From an uncultured Candidatus Peribacteria bacterium (GTDB lineage: Bacteria; Patescibacteriota; Gracilibacteria; UBA1369): 64,000 nucleotides of DNA. Numbering within the stretch: position 1 is the first letter of the stretch; every line of letters starts with the position of its first letter. The stretch spans positions 48,424-112,423 of the forward strand of contig CAYRGY010000005.1 of NCBI GenBank assembly GCA_964424075.1, given 5' to 3'. Below, piece after piece: positions 23,301-38,300 of the stretch. The position numbers were made by a program, and so were the translations under genes. Under the pieces are notes generated by a model. That model had not been told where the DNA came from. It saw only the letters and a list, made by a program, of their open reading frames with translations, and ran no database searches.

Positions 23301-26300
23301 AGAAAATTGATTTGGGAGATTTTGTCGGGGTAAAAGGTGATCTTTTCGTTACTAAGCATGGTGAAACTACCTTGCTGGTTCAAGATTTTGACCTTCTCTC
23401 CAAAACGCTTCGCCCGCTTCCGGAAAAGTTTCATGGACTTTCCGACCGGGAAACCAAATATCGCTATCGATACTTGGATTTGCTTTCCGATCCGGAAACT
23501 TTTAAGCGCTTTAAATTTCGCAGCCACATAATTAAAGAGTTTAGACGCTATCTGGATGACCACGGCTTTGACGAAGTGGAGACTCCCATACTAACATCCG
23601 TCGCCTCGGGAGCGGTTGCCACACCTTTTACAACTCATCACAAAGCGCTCGACATTCCCATGTTCCTACGCATTGCCCCCGAGACATACCTGAAAAGATG
23701 CGTCATTGGTGGTTTCGAAAAAGTCTATGAATTGGGTAAAAACTTCCGTAACGAGGGGATTGATCCTAGCCATCTGCAGGAGTTTACCATGCTCGAATAC
23801 TATGTAGCCTACTGGAATTTCGAAGATAATATGGATTTCACCGAAGAGCTGCTCAAGCATGTCATCAAGTCTTCCATGGGCACGCTTGAATTGATAATCA
23901 ATGATAGAGAAGGGAATCCGCAGAAAATAGATTTTGGAAACAAATGGCCCCGACACAGCTTTGTCGAGCTGATCAAAGACAATTGTGGTATCGACGTGCT
24001 GGATCATTTTGGAAATGCTGGCTCTTTGCGCGTTGCGATTTCTGATCTCGGTATAAAAATTGAGAATATTGAAAATTTCGGCTATGGAAATTTATGCGAT
24101 GCTCTCTATAAAAAAGTTGCCCGCCCCAAACTGATTCAACCTTGTTTTGTAATCAAACATCCAGTTGATACTAAACCTTTGGCCCGCCGCAATGACCATG
24201 AGCCTCGCCTGGCAGATTCCTTTCAGGTTTTGGTTAATAGTTGGGAAATTGTTAATGCTTATTCCGAGCTGGTCGATCCGTTGGATCAACGGGATCGTCT
24301 GGAGCGCCAGGCTGCCGCCAAAGCCGCCGGTGACGAAGAAGCCATGCCTATGGATGAAGATTATCTATATGCCATGGAGCACGGTATGCCGCCAATGAGT
24401 GGGTGGGGACTGGGCATTGACCGCTTCGTTGCTCTTTTGACTAATCAGGAAAACCTCAAAGATACGGTACTTTTCCCTATTATGAAACCTAACAGACAAT
24501 CTGAAAAGTAAATGAAAAAGCTTTCACACTTGGGCAAATTCCTTAAAAAGCATGCCAAATTGCTCAGCATTATTTTTGGAGTACTTTTTTTTATTGTCCT
24601 TTTTGTCATTGCCGCTTTGGGTAGCCTTCGCGTCTTTCTTCCCCATAGCATGCAAATTACGGGCTTTCCATTTGGACAGAAAAACTACTTGATCATTTTT
24701 CAAAATAACAATGAATTAAGACCCAGCGGAGGATTCATCTCTTCATTTGCTCACCTCCAATTTACTTCCGGTATTCCTTCCAATTTACAAATTGAAGATG
24801 TTTACGGTGACATTGATGAACATCCTTATCAGGAACCACCCTATCCAATGGAACAATTGCTGGCCAATGAATGGTATCAAGGCTACACCTTCCGTGACGG
24901 AAATTATCAAGCAGATTTCCCCCAAACTGCTCAAGAATTGCAAAACCTCTTTAATCTGACTCAGCCAAATCAGAATTTTGATGGAATAATTGCTGTCAAT
25001 TTAAATGTATTGCATGATGTAGTTGAAGCTCTGGGACCATTTTACCTTGATGGCCGTGAAATCAATCATCACAATCTGTTTGAAGAAATTACCAATTCGG
25101 TAAATGACATAGATCGTCATAACAAGGAACAATTGGCTAATCGAAAAGGTATTCTTAAGCCACTAGCGTCGGCAATTATTCGCAAAGTCATTTTAAATCC
25201 TCTACTCATTCGTCCTCTATCGGACATCATCACTGAGAATCTCGATCAAAAGGAAATTCAGCTTTATTTCGACCAGCCATCTCTCCAAAATCTTGCCAAA
25301 AAGAATGACTGGACAGGTGCCTGGCCCGAATTAGCGGGAGATTTTTTAGCAGTTGTGGAGGCCAATCTTGGTGGCATGAAATCTGATCGCTATTTACAAA
25401 GAAATATCACTTATCATCTACTAATTACCGAAGAAAACTTGCAAGCCAAAACCGATCCTAAAGCTACTCTTAGCCTTGACCTTTATCACTACGGCATTGA
25501 AAACATCCCCTTGTCCGGTCCTTATTCCGGCTATTTTCGCTTTTACAATTCCCCACAAGATCAAGTCGCCGATCAAATCGTTAAACTAAATCCGGGTGAG
25601 AGAACGACTATTGAAAAGTCCTGGACCATACCATATTCCCACATTGAAGACTCAACATATTCGCTTCAGTTGATTAAACAATCCGGTACGGAAGATTTTT
25701 ATACTATTATCATTGAGCTGCCTCGCGGTTATACACTGCAAAGTGAAGACTTCCATACCAAAGAGAATATCGCCTTTTTTCAAGGAATACTCTCCCATGA
25801 TCTGCAACTGAAGTTGGTTATTTTACCTGACACTTATCCACCCCGACTAGTCAAACAATCAAATGACCACCTGAATCAAATTTCGCTGCATTTTAATGAA
25901 GATCTCAACCTCAGCCACGCTGAAGACCCTTTCACTTACGAAGTAATCGATTTGAACGTTAATAGCCCCGAAACAACCGATCAAATCATCATCAAAAATG
26001 TCGAGATAACTTCCAAAGATATTTTTCTTAATCTTGAAGGGCAAACCAATCAGCATGAAGAGCATTACGGAGTGCTGCTCAAAAACCTTCGTGACACTAA
26101 AGGCAATATACTCTCCACCAGACAGATCACAGTAGTCCAACGTCTTAAGGACTAGTCTACTACCCCCGGTTGAAAACTTCTGTTCTTTTCCACAGAATAA
26201 AACTTCATACGTTCTTTTTTGTAAGTAAGTTCCACCCTACCTACCGGGCCGCTTCTATGTTTGCGAATAAACACATCAGTCATTCCCACGCGCTCAGTAT

Positions 26301-29300
26301 CTTCTTCATAATATTCTTCACGATAGAGCATCATCACGATATCAGCATCTTGCTCAATTGCTCCGGATTCACGCAAATCTGATAATTGTGGGATTTTAAC
26401 CGGCCGCATCTCCACCGCACGGGAAAGCTGACTCAAAGCCAAAATCGGAATACGTAATTCACGGGCTAAATTCTTCAATGCCCGGGAAATCTCTGAAATC
26501 TCATTAACACGATTTTGAGAATTAGTACCTGTGCTCATTAATTGCAAGTAATCAATGATTAGAAAATTCAAGCCATGCTCCATCTGCAGGCGTCGTGCTT
26601 TCGATCGCAACTCTCCAATTGAATTGCCCACCGAGTCATCAATATAAATATTCATTTGATACAAGTCATCCATCACTGAACCGATACGCATAAAATCTTC
26701 TTCCTCCAATCGGCCGGTCTTCAATTTCCAGGAATCAACTTCCAGTAGGGAACTAAACATTCTTTCCACCAACTGCTCCTTACTCATTTCCAAAGTAATA
26801 ATTCCGACTGTCTGACCTGTTTTAGCCACATTTTGAGCTATATTCAAAGAAAAAGCAGTTTTACCCATTGCCGGACGGGCAGCCAGAATAATCAAGTCTG
26901 AAGGTTGGAAACCGGTCAAAAGATGATCCAAATCGCTGAAGCCGGTCGGCACACCTTTATATTTATCCTTGGTAGCCGGATCGTGCAATTCAGTAATCTT
27001 GTCATAAGTTGTATTCAAGATTTCTTTAATATGCACGAATTTATCTTTAATTGAAGTTTGTGAAACCGCAAACATCGCCTTTTCCGCTTGCTCCAAAAGA
27101 ACTTCCAGTGGCTCTTCTTCGTTATATCCCAGTCCGGTTATTAAATCTCCTGCTTTAATTAAGCGGCGCAAAGTAGATTTTTGTTTAACAATTAGAGCAT
27201 AGTTATAAATATGTGTGGAAGTGTGGACTTCATTTGTTAGCTGCGCCAAATAACTAGCCCCACCGATTAATTCCAATTGTTTCTTATCCTCAAGATTTGT
27301 CGTTACTGTCAAAAGATCAATCGGTGTACGACGATCAAACAAATCTCGAATAGCCTGATAAATTATGCCATGAATATCCTGATAAAAATCTTCTACATTC
27401 AACAAGTCGGCAATCTTAATAATTGCATCTTTATCGATTAACAGTGAGCCCAAAACAGCTTTTTCTGCTTCTATCGAATTAGGAGGAACCCGCAAAAGTT
27501 TATCATTGTTGGCCATGGCATATTTTTTCACCTAATTTGCCACCACATTTTAACTATATTTTATCAAAACAAAACATTCTTCTGGCATTTTGACTAGCCA
27601 GACCAATATTTCATGATTTTAACAATGTCCAGCAGTCGAAAAATTGGATTAAGAGGCGAAAAAATCGCAGTAGATTATTTGAAAAAACAAGGCTATCAGA
27701 TAATTGGCACTAATTTTCATTCTCGCTTTGGAGAAATTGACATTATGGCTTCCAGAAATGAAATTTTACATATAATTGAGGTGAAAACCAGAGTTTCAAA
27801 TAGCTTCGGTCATCCTGCTGAAGCTTTGTGTCGACGGAAGCTGCAGGCAATTTTTAAAACTGCTACAATTTTTATTAGTCAATCTGATCACAACTGGCTT
27901 AATTTACAAATTGATCTAATCGCTATAAACTTAGATCAATGCAAAACAAACATCATACACTATAAAAACTTATCCTTGAGATGAACCTAGTCATAACTCC
28001 CAAACTGAAAATTGCAGTTTTAGGACTAATAGTATTCCTGGGAATTCTGTTATTGATTTTTGCCGTCTTTTTTAACAAAGGGACATTACTGATTGAACTG
28101 GAGCCTTCATATACCGTAAACATTGGAGGTTATCGCAGTTTTGATTGTGATGCCAATCCTTGTGAAATCAGTTTGGCACCCGGAGACTATTTCATTGAAA
28201 TTACCAAAAATGGATATCAGGCTAAATCTCTCAGCATAACAATCCCATTTTTTGGTGAAACAACTGAAAAACCACAATTGGAGCTACTCCCGGAATCCAG
28301 CGTCTTGAGCACTTGGAACCCGGACAATCTTGATCTCAAAGCTGCCCTAATGCCGCTTAATTTTCGAGTTTCCGATTGGAACACGCTAAAACTAATTCTC
28401 AATTCGCATCCAAATTATCAGAATTTTCAACTTGCTGATGAGCGCATCATCATAGATACAGGTAGTGAGATGCTGGCCTATTCCTTTGAGTCGGAATCAT
28501 CATCCAGTAGATTTCCTCTGGAAACAGGAGATCAATTCAGTTTTGCACCGGGAGGACAAAGTGTTTTTGCCTTGATCAGGTCACGGCTGTTTAAGAATCA
28601 ACCACTGGTAAAAATATCACCCACTGATGAATTAATTCTTGATCAGGAATCAACAGCCGATCAACTTGAGGCCAAGCAGCAATTCTACAATCAAAAACGT
28701 TTGGCCGGATTTTTGCAGTACATCGACCAAGCTAAAATCATCGTATCACCCAAGCAGCTAAAAGTAGCCATTATTGATCAAGGTTCCCCGGATGAACACA
28801 ATCTATATATTATTGATTTGGAATTGCAGCAGCGGCAAAAAGCATTGACGGCAGCAGCAATTTACGATTTCAACTGGCTTAGTGACACCGGATATTTAGT
28901 AGAATATCGTGACCCAAGTCTTCTAGTCGATAAGATTGCCCTAGGTGATACTATTACTGATCAATTGGAAACTATTCCGATGCAGACTACATTGCAGGCA
29001 ACTCTGATTCTAAGCGAACAATCGCTAATTTATGCTGAAGCATTAAATCAGGGTTTTAGACTAAAAAGACTTAATCTTACTGATATGTCAGAAAGTGTAT
29101 TAGTTACTTTTAGTAGTTTAACACCACCGGATCGAATTGAACTTTCCAATCAACCTGATCAAATTTTAGCACTCATTAACAATAATGTTTACAGTCTTAA
29201 ACTCAACTTCTAATCTAAAAATATGGATATTAGCAAAATTCAAAAAGCGGTAACTCAGAGACAAAATGACAAAAAAAGTCTGCTAAACCTTTCTTTTCCT

Positions 29301-32300
29301 GATTTCACTTATTTCCCTCATTTACTTGAAGATCGTCGCATTCAGACTGCATTCATCAACATTTTTCGCTATCCATATTATTATCCGAGCCCTAAAGGCG
29401 ATATTGAAGCCAGAGTAATTATTTCCAAATACTATCAACGGCGCAAATTGGAAATTGACCCGGAACATATATTGCTGACTGCTAGCATTGCAGAATCCTA
29501 CAGCTATATTTTCAAAGCCATAGCCAATATGGGAGGTGACATTCTCTGCCCACTTCCCCGCGCACCTTATCTTGACGAAGCTGCATCATTTATTGATCTA
29601 AAACTGAAGGACTATCAATTAAGCCCTACAAGCAGCTGGGATATCGATTTCAAATCGATGAAGATTACCAATAGAACTAAAGCAATTTTATTGCAGAATC
29701 CCCATTTACCCACCGGAAAAATCATTCAAGAAAAGGATCTCAAAGAGCTTTTGTCACTTTGTAAAAAACACGATTTAATTCTAATCTTAGACGAAAGCCT
29801 CAGTGATTTAGTTTTCCATCATAAGCAATTAAATTCCGCCCTCGAAACTGCTTCCAAAACACAATCAATTATTTCTATCAACTCATTGCAATACGCTTTC
29901 GCCTTACCGGGATTCAAAATTAGTTGGCTAACTTTTCACGGAAAGGATAAGCAACGCAGTGAACTTATGAATGAAATTGAGTATTTAGCTGACACCTTCC
30001 TTAATGTCAGTCAATTGCCCATGACAGTTCTTCCTGAAGTTATTAAGTATAGCCGAAAATTTCGCAAAAAAATGCGTTTACGCTTAGAAAAAAATCTATC
30101 CACCACCATAGCCAAGCTGTCCAAATCAAAAAAGCTTTCTTTTACACCTGCTCAAGGAGGAGTCTCCCTGATGGTAGAATTGAAACATAAAAAACTGAAT
30201 CTGGAAGATTTTATTTTACGTCTAATCTCAGAGCAGGGAGTTTACTTACATCCCTGTGATTATTACAATTATCCCGGAAATTATTTTGTGATTAGCTTTT
30301 TGCAGGATCCTCAGACACTGCGCAAAGGTCTCACTAAACTACTTCAATTCCTCAAAGCATAATTTAAGAAAAATTTAACTTTTGTTAATCGAGATGATCT
30401 ATGTTGGCATCTAGTAATTATGTTTATGCCCACAAAAGTTAATAGTTGCCTAGTCATAGGAATAGAAGGCCATCACATTGAAGTTGAAGCAGACATTCTA
30501 CCCGGTCTGCCCGGCTTTACCATTGTCGGTCTTGGAGATGCCTCTGTTCAGGAATCCAAGGAGCGAATCCGTTCAGCCATCAAAAAAACTTCCCTTTCCT
30601 ATCCCACCCAAAAAAAGATTATCAATCTTGCTCCTGCCTCTTTGCGCAAGCAGGGCCCCAGCTTTGATCTTCCTATAGCCATCGCCTTGTTAGCAGCTTC
30701 CGGAAAAATTAATACCGCTAGTTTTACTAATTCAGTTTTTTGCGGAGAATTGGGCTTGGACGGTACTCTCAGACCAATCAAAAATACCTTAACTATCGCT
30801 GATTTCGCTCAAAAAAATGGTTTTCATAAACTCTATATTCCTGATCTAAACTACACGGAAGCAAGTTTGATCAGAGGAATTGAAATAGTACCTATTGGCA
30901 CTTTAAGCCAATTAATTGATCACTTGAACGACAATACAAAGATAATTCCTAGACCTAATCAAGCTAGACAGCAGCCACTTTCAGAACTAAGTTTTGATTT
31001 CAGTTTAATTCAGGGGCAGCAGCTTGCCAAGCGCGCTTTGCAAATCAGTGCCGCCGCAGGCCATCACCTATTATTCGTAGGTTCACCCGGCATCGGGAAA
31101 ACATTACTGGCCAAAGCACTTTCCGAAATTCTTCCCCCTCTGAATCAATCCGAAGCTCTGGAAGTCGTACGCATCTATTCTGCTGCCAATAAAACCCGAC
31201 AAAATAATTTTAACCTGGAAAAAAGGCCCTTTCGACAGGTTCATCACAGTTCCAGTATGACTTCATTGCTAGGCGGTACAGGCTCTTTAATTCCGGGTGA
31301 AATATCACTGGCTCATCGCGGGATTCTCTTTTTGGATGAAATAGCTGAATTCCCTAAAAAAAATCTTGATGCACTGCGCCAACCTCTAGAAGAAAAACAA
31401 ATCCATCTTTCCAAAAACAATCTAACTTGCACTTTTCCTGCGGCTTTTACACTTGTAGCTGCTATGAATCTATGTCCCTGTGGTTATTATGGCGATCCTG
31501 AAATAAAATGTTCCTGCACACAACAAGAGATTCTCTCCTATCAAAAAAAGTTGTCCGGACCAGTCTTCGATCGTATAGATCTTTCAGTCAAATTAGATAG
31601 ACATCGTCTGGATCTAAGCAAACTGACAAATGCTTATCTCAGCGAAATGGGGCAACAGAGTGAGCTAAACAATTTACGGTCTGCCATTCAAATTGCCCGT
31701 GAAATTCAAAAGCATCGCTATCAAAACTCTTCAATCAAACTTAACAGCGATCTGGACAGTAAGCATGCTAGACATTTTTTACGTCTAGATTCCAAGGCTG
31801 ATGACTATTTAGCCAAAATTCATCAAAAAATTAATTTCTCCCCGCGCTCCACCATCCACCTGCTCAAAATTGCTCGTACCCTGGCCGACCTCAATCAACA
31901 AAACAAAGTTACCGCTGAACACCTTGCCGAAGCCATGCAGTTCAGAAAACCGACTTTGCGGGAATTGGTTTAATTTTCCCTACTCAAATCGATTCCAACA
32001 TCTTATAATAAACCCCGAAAAATAAATATCCGAATTATGTTTATCATTGAAGGACAGCAAAAACTGTCAGGTACTATTAAAGTAAGCGGTTCCAAGAATG
32101 CCGCCCTTCCTATCATTTGTGCAGCGCTCTTATCCAAAAAGCCGGTCACCCTTCACAATGTCCCCAGAATTTCTGACATCGATGCTTTTATCAAAATACT
32201 GAACTCACTCAGTGTAAAAACCACCTTTGAAAAACAAACTTTGACTATTGATGCCTCTGAACTTAAGCCGGGTAAGGTTGATGAATCTTTAATCAATAAA

Positions 32301-35300
32301 ATGCGCGGTTCAATTCTCCTTTTCGGGCCTATTCTAGCCAGATTGGGCGAGCTGGATCTTCCCTTCCCCGGCGGTTGTGTCTTGGGTAAACGTTCTATCG
32401 ACGCGCACTTACACGCCTTTGAGCAACTTGGTGTCAAAACTATTTCCGCTAATTCCCGCATTCATCTGAAAGTAAAGAAGCTCCTAGCGAATCAAATTCT
32501 CATGCCGGAAATGTCTGTAACTGCAACTGAAAACGCTATTACTTTGGCTGCACTCACACCTGGAACAACTATACTCAAACTGGTCGCTGCAGAACCGCAT
32601 GTCCAGGATTTGTGTCATTTCCTCAACAAAATGGGTGCCAAAATCAAGGGAATTGGTACGCATTATCTGCAAATTGATGGAGTTAAGGATCTAAAAGGAG
32701 GCGACTATACTATCACCGGTGATTATCTGGAAGCCGGCACTTATGCTATTGCAGGGCTCATCACCAAAGGTGAAGTAAAAATAACCGGAATTCCAACTGG
32801 TCATTTGGACAGTTTTTGGCAGAAATTGAATGAAATGGAGGCCAATTATACCTTGGAAAAGAATGCTGTCATCGTCAAACCAACCAAAACTCTCAAGCCG
32901 GTCAAACAGCTTCGTACAGCAGTTCATCCCAGCTTTCCCACCGATCTTCAGGCACCGTTTTCCGTCTTGTTGACCAAAGCGGACGGCGTCAGCAATGTCT
33001 TTGAAACCCTCTTTGAAGGCCGCCTCAATTATCTGATTGAATTGGAAAAAATGGGCGCTAAAGTAGCCATGCTTAATCCTCATCAAGCCATGATTTTTGG
33101 ACCTTGCCGACTGCGGGGTGTGCCGATTGCTTCTATCGACATTCGAGCCGGTGCAGCAATGGTTTTGGCCGCTTTGGCCGCGGAAGGAACTACTGAAATT
33201 TCCAATATCAAATATATTGATCGCGGCTATCAAAATATCGAAGAGAAACTTTCTTCATTAGGTGCCAAAATCACTCGGGTCGAGCTCTAAATCCTTCTTC
33301 AAATCCCTAATTTCATAGCCTTCTCCATCACTGGATACCTCTATTGTACCCTGTAAGTCCGTACGCCAAATCTCCAGACCGAAACTCTCAAATCGTTGCA
33401 AAGTTTCACTTGCCGGATGCCCGAATTGATTATCCACACCACTTGAAATTATTACTGTGCCTGGCTGTATCGCCTCCAGAAGCTTTGCGGAATTGCTGGT
33501 GCGACTGCCATGATGCCCGGCTTTCATTACATCTGCTAGCAGTGCATACCCCTCCAAAACTGCTTCATCTTCCAAATCTCCACTCAAAAATATAGACAAA
33601 TCGCCATAAATTACCCGCATTACCACTGAACTGTCATTTATATTCTCAAACGCAACTCCAAGTAGACTGGTGTCCGGATAAATCAAATCGAAAACTACTT
33701 CTCCCAAAGCAAAATCCCAATTACCGTCAACTATCATAACCTCTCCTGATACCTCTTCCAACAGAGTTTTGTATGCAGCATTATGATATTCAGCCCCGGA
33801 TAGAATTACGCCTGAGATTTGATATTTTCTTATCACATCCACTAGCCCATTAACATGATCAGCATGCGGATGAGTCAAAACTAAATAGTCAATTCTATTA
33901 ATCCAGAATGGCAACACTTCGCTTAAACGGTTTATCACCTGGTCATTGGGGCCACCATCAATCAAAACATATTCATAGCTGGGTGTGGCAATCAACACTG
34001 CGTCACCTTGCCCCACATCTAAAAACCATATTTTGAAGCCACCAGCTAACAACAACTCCCATAATGTGAAGCAGATTAAGATGTACCCAAACATAATCCC
34101 CAGCCAAATTCGTGTCATGCAGCAAAACTAGCATTCACGAATTAAGCGGAAATAAAAAAAAGCCCCGAATCTCCACTATGGATCCGGGGCTTTTCTTTTA
34201 TTTTTATTTTCGTTTCTTTTTGCGGGATAGAACTGCACCGGCTCCCATTGAGCCCAGTAGCAGAATGCCGAGACCAGGACCGGTCTTAGGCAATGTCAGA
34301 GTAATGAATGTTTCCAAACCCTCACTTTCATTACCTGTTGCATTACGTGAAGTGAGCTTGAAATAGTAAGTCATTCCTTCTTTTAGGCTATCAAAGTCAT
34401 ACGCCATTATATCAGTCCCAAGAATAATTCCATCTCCATAAGTTGCGCCTTTATCTTGACTCATATAGACAACCAAATTGGCAATATCTGAAATATTCTC
34501 AGTGGTATTCCATGATAGACGTACCACTACATCCTCCATTACCTTAGCAACAAGATCTTCAGCTCCTTCTGGGACTGACACATCATCAATTACTGGCTCG
34601 TCATCTAGTTCAGGCTCTTCAATTGGCTCAGCATCGACTACTTCAAAGCTGGTTGCACTTTTTTCAATATCCATTTCATTACCTGCATCATCCATAACTT
34701 GAACCGCAATCAAATTATACTTACCTGCCGGCATTTCATCAGTATCCAAAGTGATAATCATGCTAGAAGGACCGACAGTTACCTTATTAACATTAATAAT
34801 AGCAGTAGTATCCAATTCCTCAGTTACGATAAAGTTTTCCCGTGCATCTGTTTTCAAAGCCACTGGTTCGGTAAATGAAACTTCGATTTGAGAATTGGAT
34901 AGTGCTCTTACATTTACAAATTCAGGAGCAGTAGCATCAGCTGGTTCTTTATCAGTTTCTTCAGCTGCAGCCGGCTTTAGATCTTCAACATCAGATCCGA
35001 TGAAAGCAGCTGTATCACTTGTTCCGCTTACAATAGGGTTTCCGGCATCATCACGGATTTCGATTCCCGCTGTTAGAATATAAGTAGTACCTAAATCCTG
35101 ATCGGCTGTAGTCAACTTAATTGTTTCCATATCAGGATCATCTTCATCCATTTCCGCAGAAATGATCTCCAGACCCATTCCGCTTAAATCTTCCTGAATG
35201 CTGAAAGCACTTTCAGATGATTCAGCTGGAAGAACTACTTTTTCAGAGAATGTAACTAAAACAGTGTTTTTGGTAGTAGCCACAGATTTTACTACTTTTG

Positions 35301-38300
35301 GAGCATCAGCATCTTCATCTCCACCAAGACTTTCAGGAGTCGCACTGGCTTCAATTGAATAGAACTCGCTTTCATTACCCTCTGCGTCATATGCTGTAAC
35401 CGCAAAATAGTAAGACACATCATTATCTAAACCACTGATTTCATGTGAGATCACATTGCCGACATCAAGAGGACCTTCGGTATAACTACCTTCATCCTCA
35501 GAAACTGATGTAGTTCCGTAATAGATTTTGTAACCGGTCACCCCTACATTGTCAGTAGCAGTGTCCCAACTAAGAGTAATTGCTCCGTCGCCGGCCATCG
35601 CTTTTACATTTTCCACATCAGCTGGTGGGACTGCATCAACCTCTGCTGTCATAGATCCTTCTGGAATGAGCTCTTCACCTTCCTGGGCTAGAGCCAATGG
35701 TGAAGTTAGTAGCAACACTGTTGCTATACCTCCAATTACTAGTTTTTTCATATTTTTATTTTTCATGGCTTTTTTGTTTGTAAAATTTATCTAATTATAT
35801 TAGCACAAAAAATCACTCTTTTGAATGCCCTAAGCCCAAATCCTTCCAAAAGACATTGACAAAAAAAATGAAAGAAGCATTATATAAATCGCCAAGTTTA
35901 GCTTTGAAATTAGGCTGAAATCAATATAATAGATACAATCTCTCCGCTTTCTATGCATATAAAAGTCTGCTCTAACATCTTCGAACAACAGCCCGATCTG
36001 CAATTTCACGTGCTTCTGATCAGCAATATTGAGAATTCCCGCAAATCTTCCAATGTAACACAGCTGCTACGAGGTACCGGTGTTGTAACTAAAAACGAGC
36101 TCAAAAAGGGGAATCTGAAAGAATTACTCCAGGAATTAACGGAAAAGTCTGAAAAGGGTGACCAAATACTACTGGAAACCTATTTGCTCAATGCGCGACT
36201 CAAGAAGATTCAACTTAGTAAAGAGCTGGAACAACCGGACAACTTACAGAATATCATCAGTTATCTATCACTGAAGCATTTATTACCCATTTTCGCTCAA
36301 GATTTGGATCAAGCCGAACGCGACCTGCTGATTTGCTATTATCAACCCAAAAAGGGCAAAAAAGCCCCTGAAATGGATATATCCCGTGACACCAAGATCA
36401 CAGCTCTTTGGTTTCCGGATTTGCTGGGTATGACTCCTGAACAAGTTGATAGCATCATTCAAGAAATTGATTTTAGTATTCAAAAATACTGCCATGGTGA
36501 AATTGCCAATCTGTTTACTTTAAATAAAGACAATCGTGATATTAATCTCGGATATCAATCAGAAAAGGAGCTGGAATTTCAAAATTCGATTGCTCAGATG
36601 GATGATCACGTCGCTACTGATATGCCAGCAACACAACCTCAACACTCTTCTGATTTGGAGCTGGAATTTAATCAATATTCACAAAAAACCTCAATTAAGG
36701 ACTATCTGAAGCGGAAACTTATCGACGCGGTCAATCAAGTTATCAAGCAATCTGAAAAACATTTCTCCTTGGAAGAAATGACCGAAATAGTTAAGCAAAT
36801 TGATATAGAAGAGCCTCGTGACCTTAATCATGGTGATTATGCTTCCAGTGTTGCACTAAAATTGACTAAGCAACTGGAGCTTAATCCCCATCAGCTGGCT
36901 CAGCAAATTACTGCTCACATCAAAATTGAGGAGCCAATTAAAAACCTTGAAATTATCACACCGGGTTTTATAAATTTCCGACTTTCTTTACGCCATTTTC
37001 AGGAGAAAATGGAAAAAATTCTGCATTACCGAGACTTGTACGGTCAAATTGACCTTGGTCACCGCGACCAAATCATGATTGAGCTAGGAAGTTTAAATGT
37101 TGCCAAGCCTTTTGGTGTACACCATTTCTTTGGAACCATCATCGGCCAGACACTGATTAATTTGCATCGGGCGGCGGGATTTGAGGTTCTGGCTGCTGAT
37201 TACCCGGGCGATTGGGGAACTCAGTTCGGCAAGCTTATATATGCAATTCGAGAGTGGGGTGACAACGCAAACATCGAAAAAGATCCCATAAATGAATTAT
37301 TAAAATTATATGTAAAATTTCATGACCAAGCGGAATCCAAACCGGAGCTGGAAGATTTGGCTCGAGCGGAATTCAAGAAGCTTGAGGATCATGATGCAGA
37401 AAATATCAAGTTGTGGAAATGGATAAGTGAATTGAGTTACAAGCAGCATGATAAAATGTATCGAACTTTAGGAGTGGTTCATGATCGAAAATACCCCGAA
37501 AGCAAATATCTTGATGTTAACAAAGAAATCGTACAACTCGGTCTGGAAAAAGGTATTTTTAAAGAAGGTGAAAATGGGGCAATCATTGCAGATCTTGAAC
37601 AATTTGGTTTGGGAACTTGTGTAATCCAAAAAGCTGATGGGGCTAGTCTGTATATTACCCGCGATCTGGCCAGTATTCGCGATCGAATCACTAGTGAACC
37701 TCAATTGAAAAAGCTGATTTATGTCATAGATATCGCCCAACAACTACACGTTAAGCAACTGTTCCATCTAGCCAATCAACTGGGATTTGTAAATGGTCAA
37801 GAGCTGATTCATGTCGCACACGGACGACTTGGCTTCAAGGATATGACCATGAGCACCCGCAAAGGTAATATAATGCAGGCTGAAGAGGTGATTCAGGAAT
37901 CGCTCAGCAGATCAGAAGCAATCATCAATGACAAATCTCCGGATCTCAGTGAGAATGAGAAGAAACAAGTTATTCAAGGTGTAGCGATCGGAGCGGTGAA
38001 ATTTGGCATTATTAGCCAATCTCCGGAAACGAATGTAGTATTTGATTGGGAGAAAATTCTTAATTTTGAAGGCAACTCAGCGCCATATTTGCAATACACT
38101 CAAGCCAGAGCCAATTCAATTTTACACAAAGCCGCCGAAAAGTCCCTACAGTATGACGATGAACAAACTACTCTTTTCTCACTGGAAGAAGATCAACGAG
38201 CCCTAGAAGAAATCGGCATGCATCCTTTTGACAAGCCGATTGAGCAAAAACTACTCAAATTACTGACCAAGTTGCCCGAAAAAGTAGAACTATCAATCAG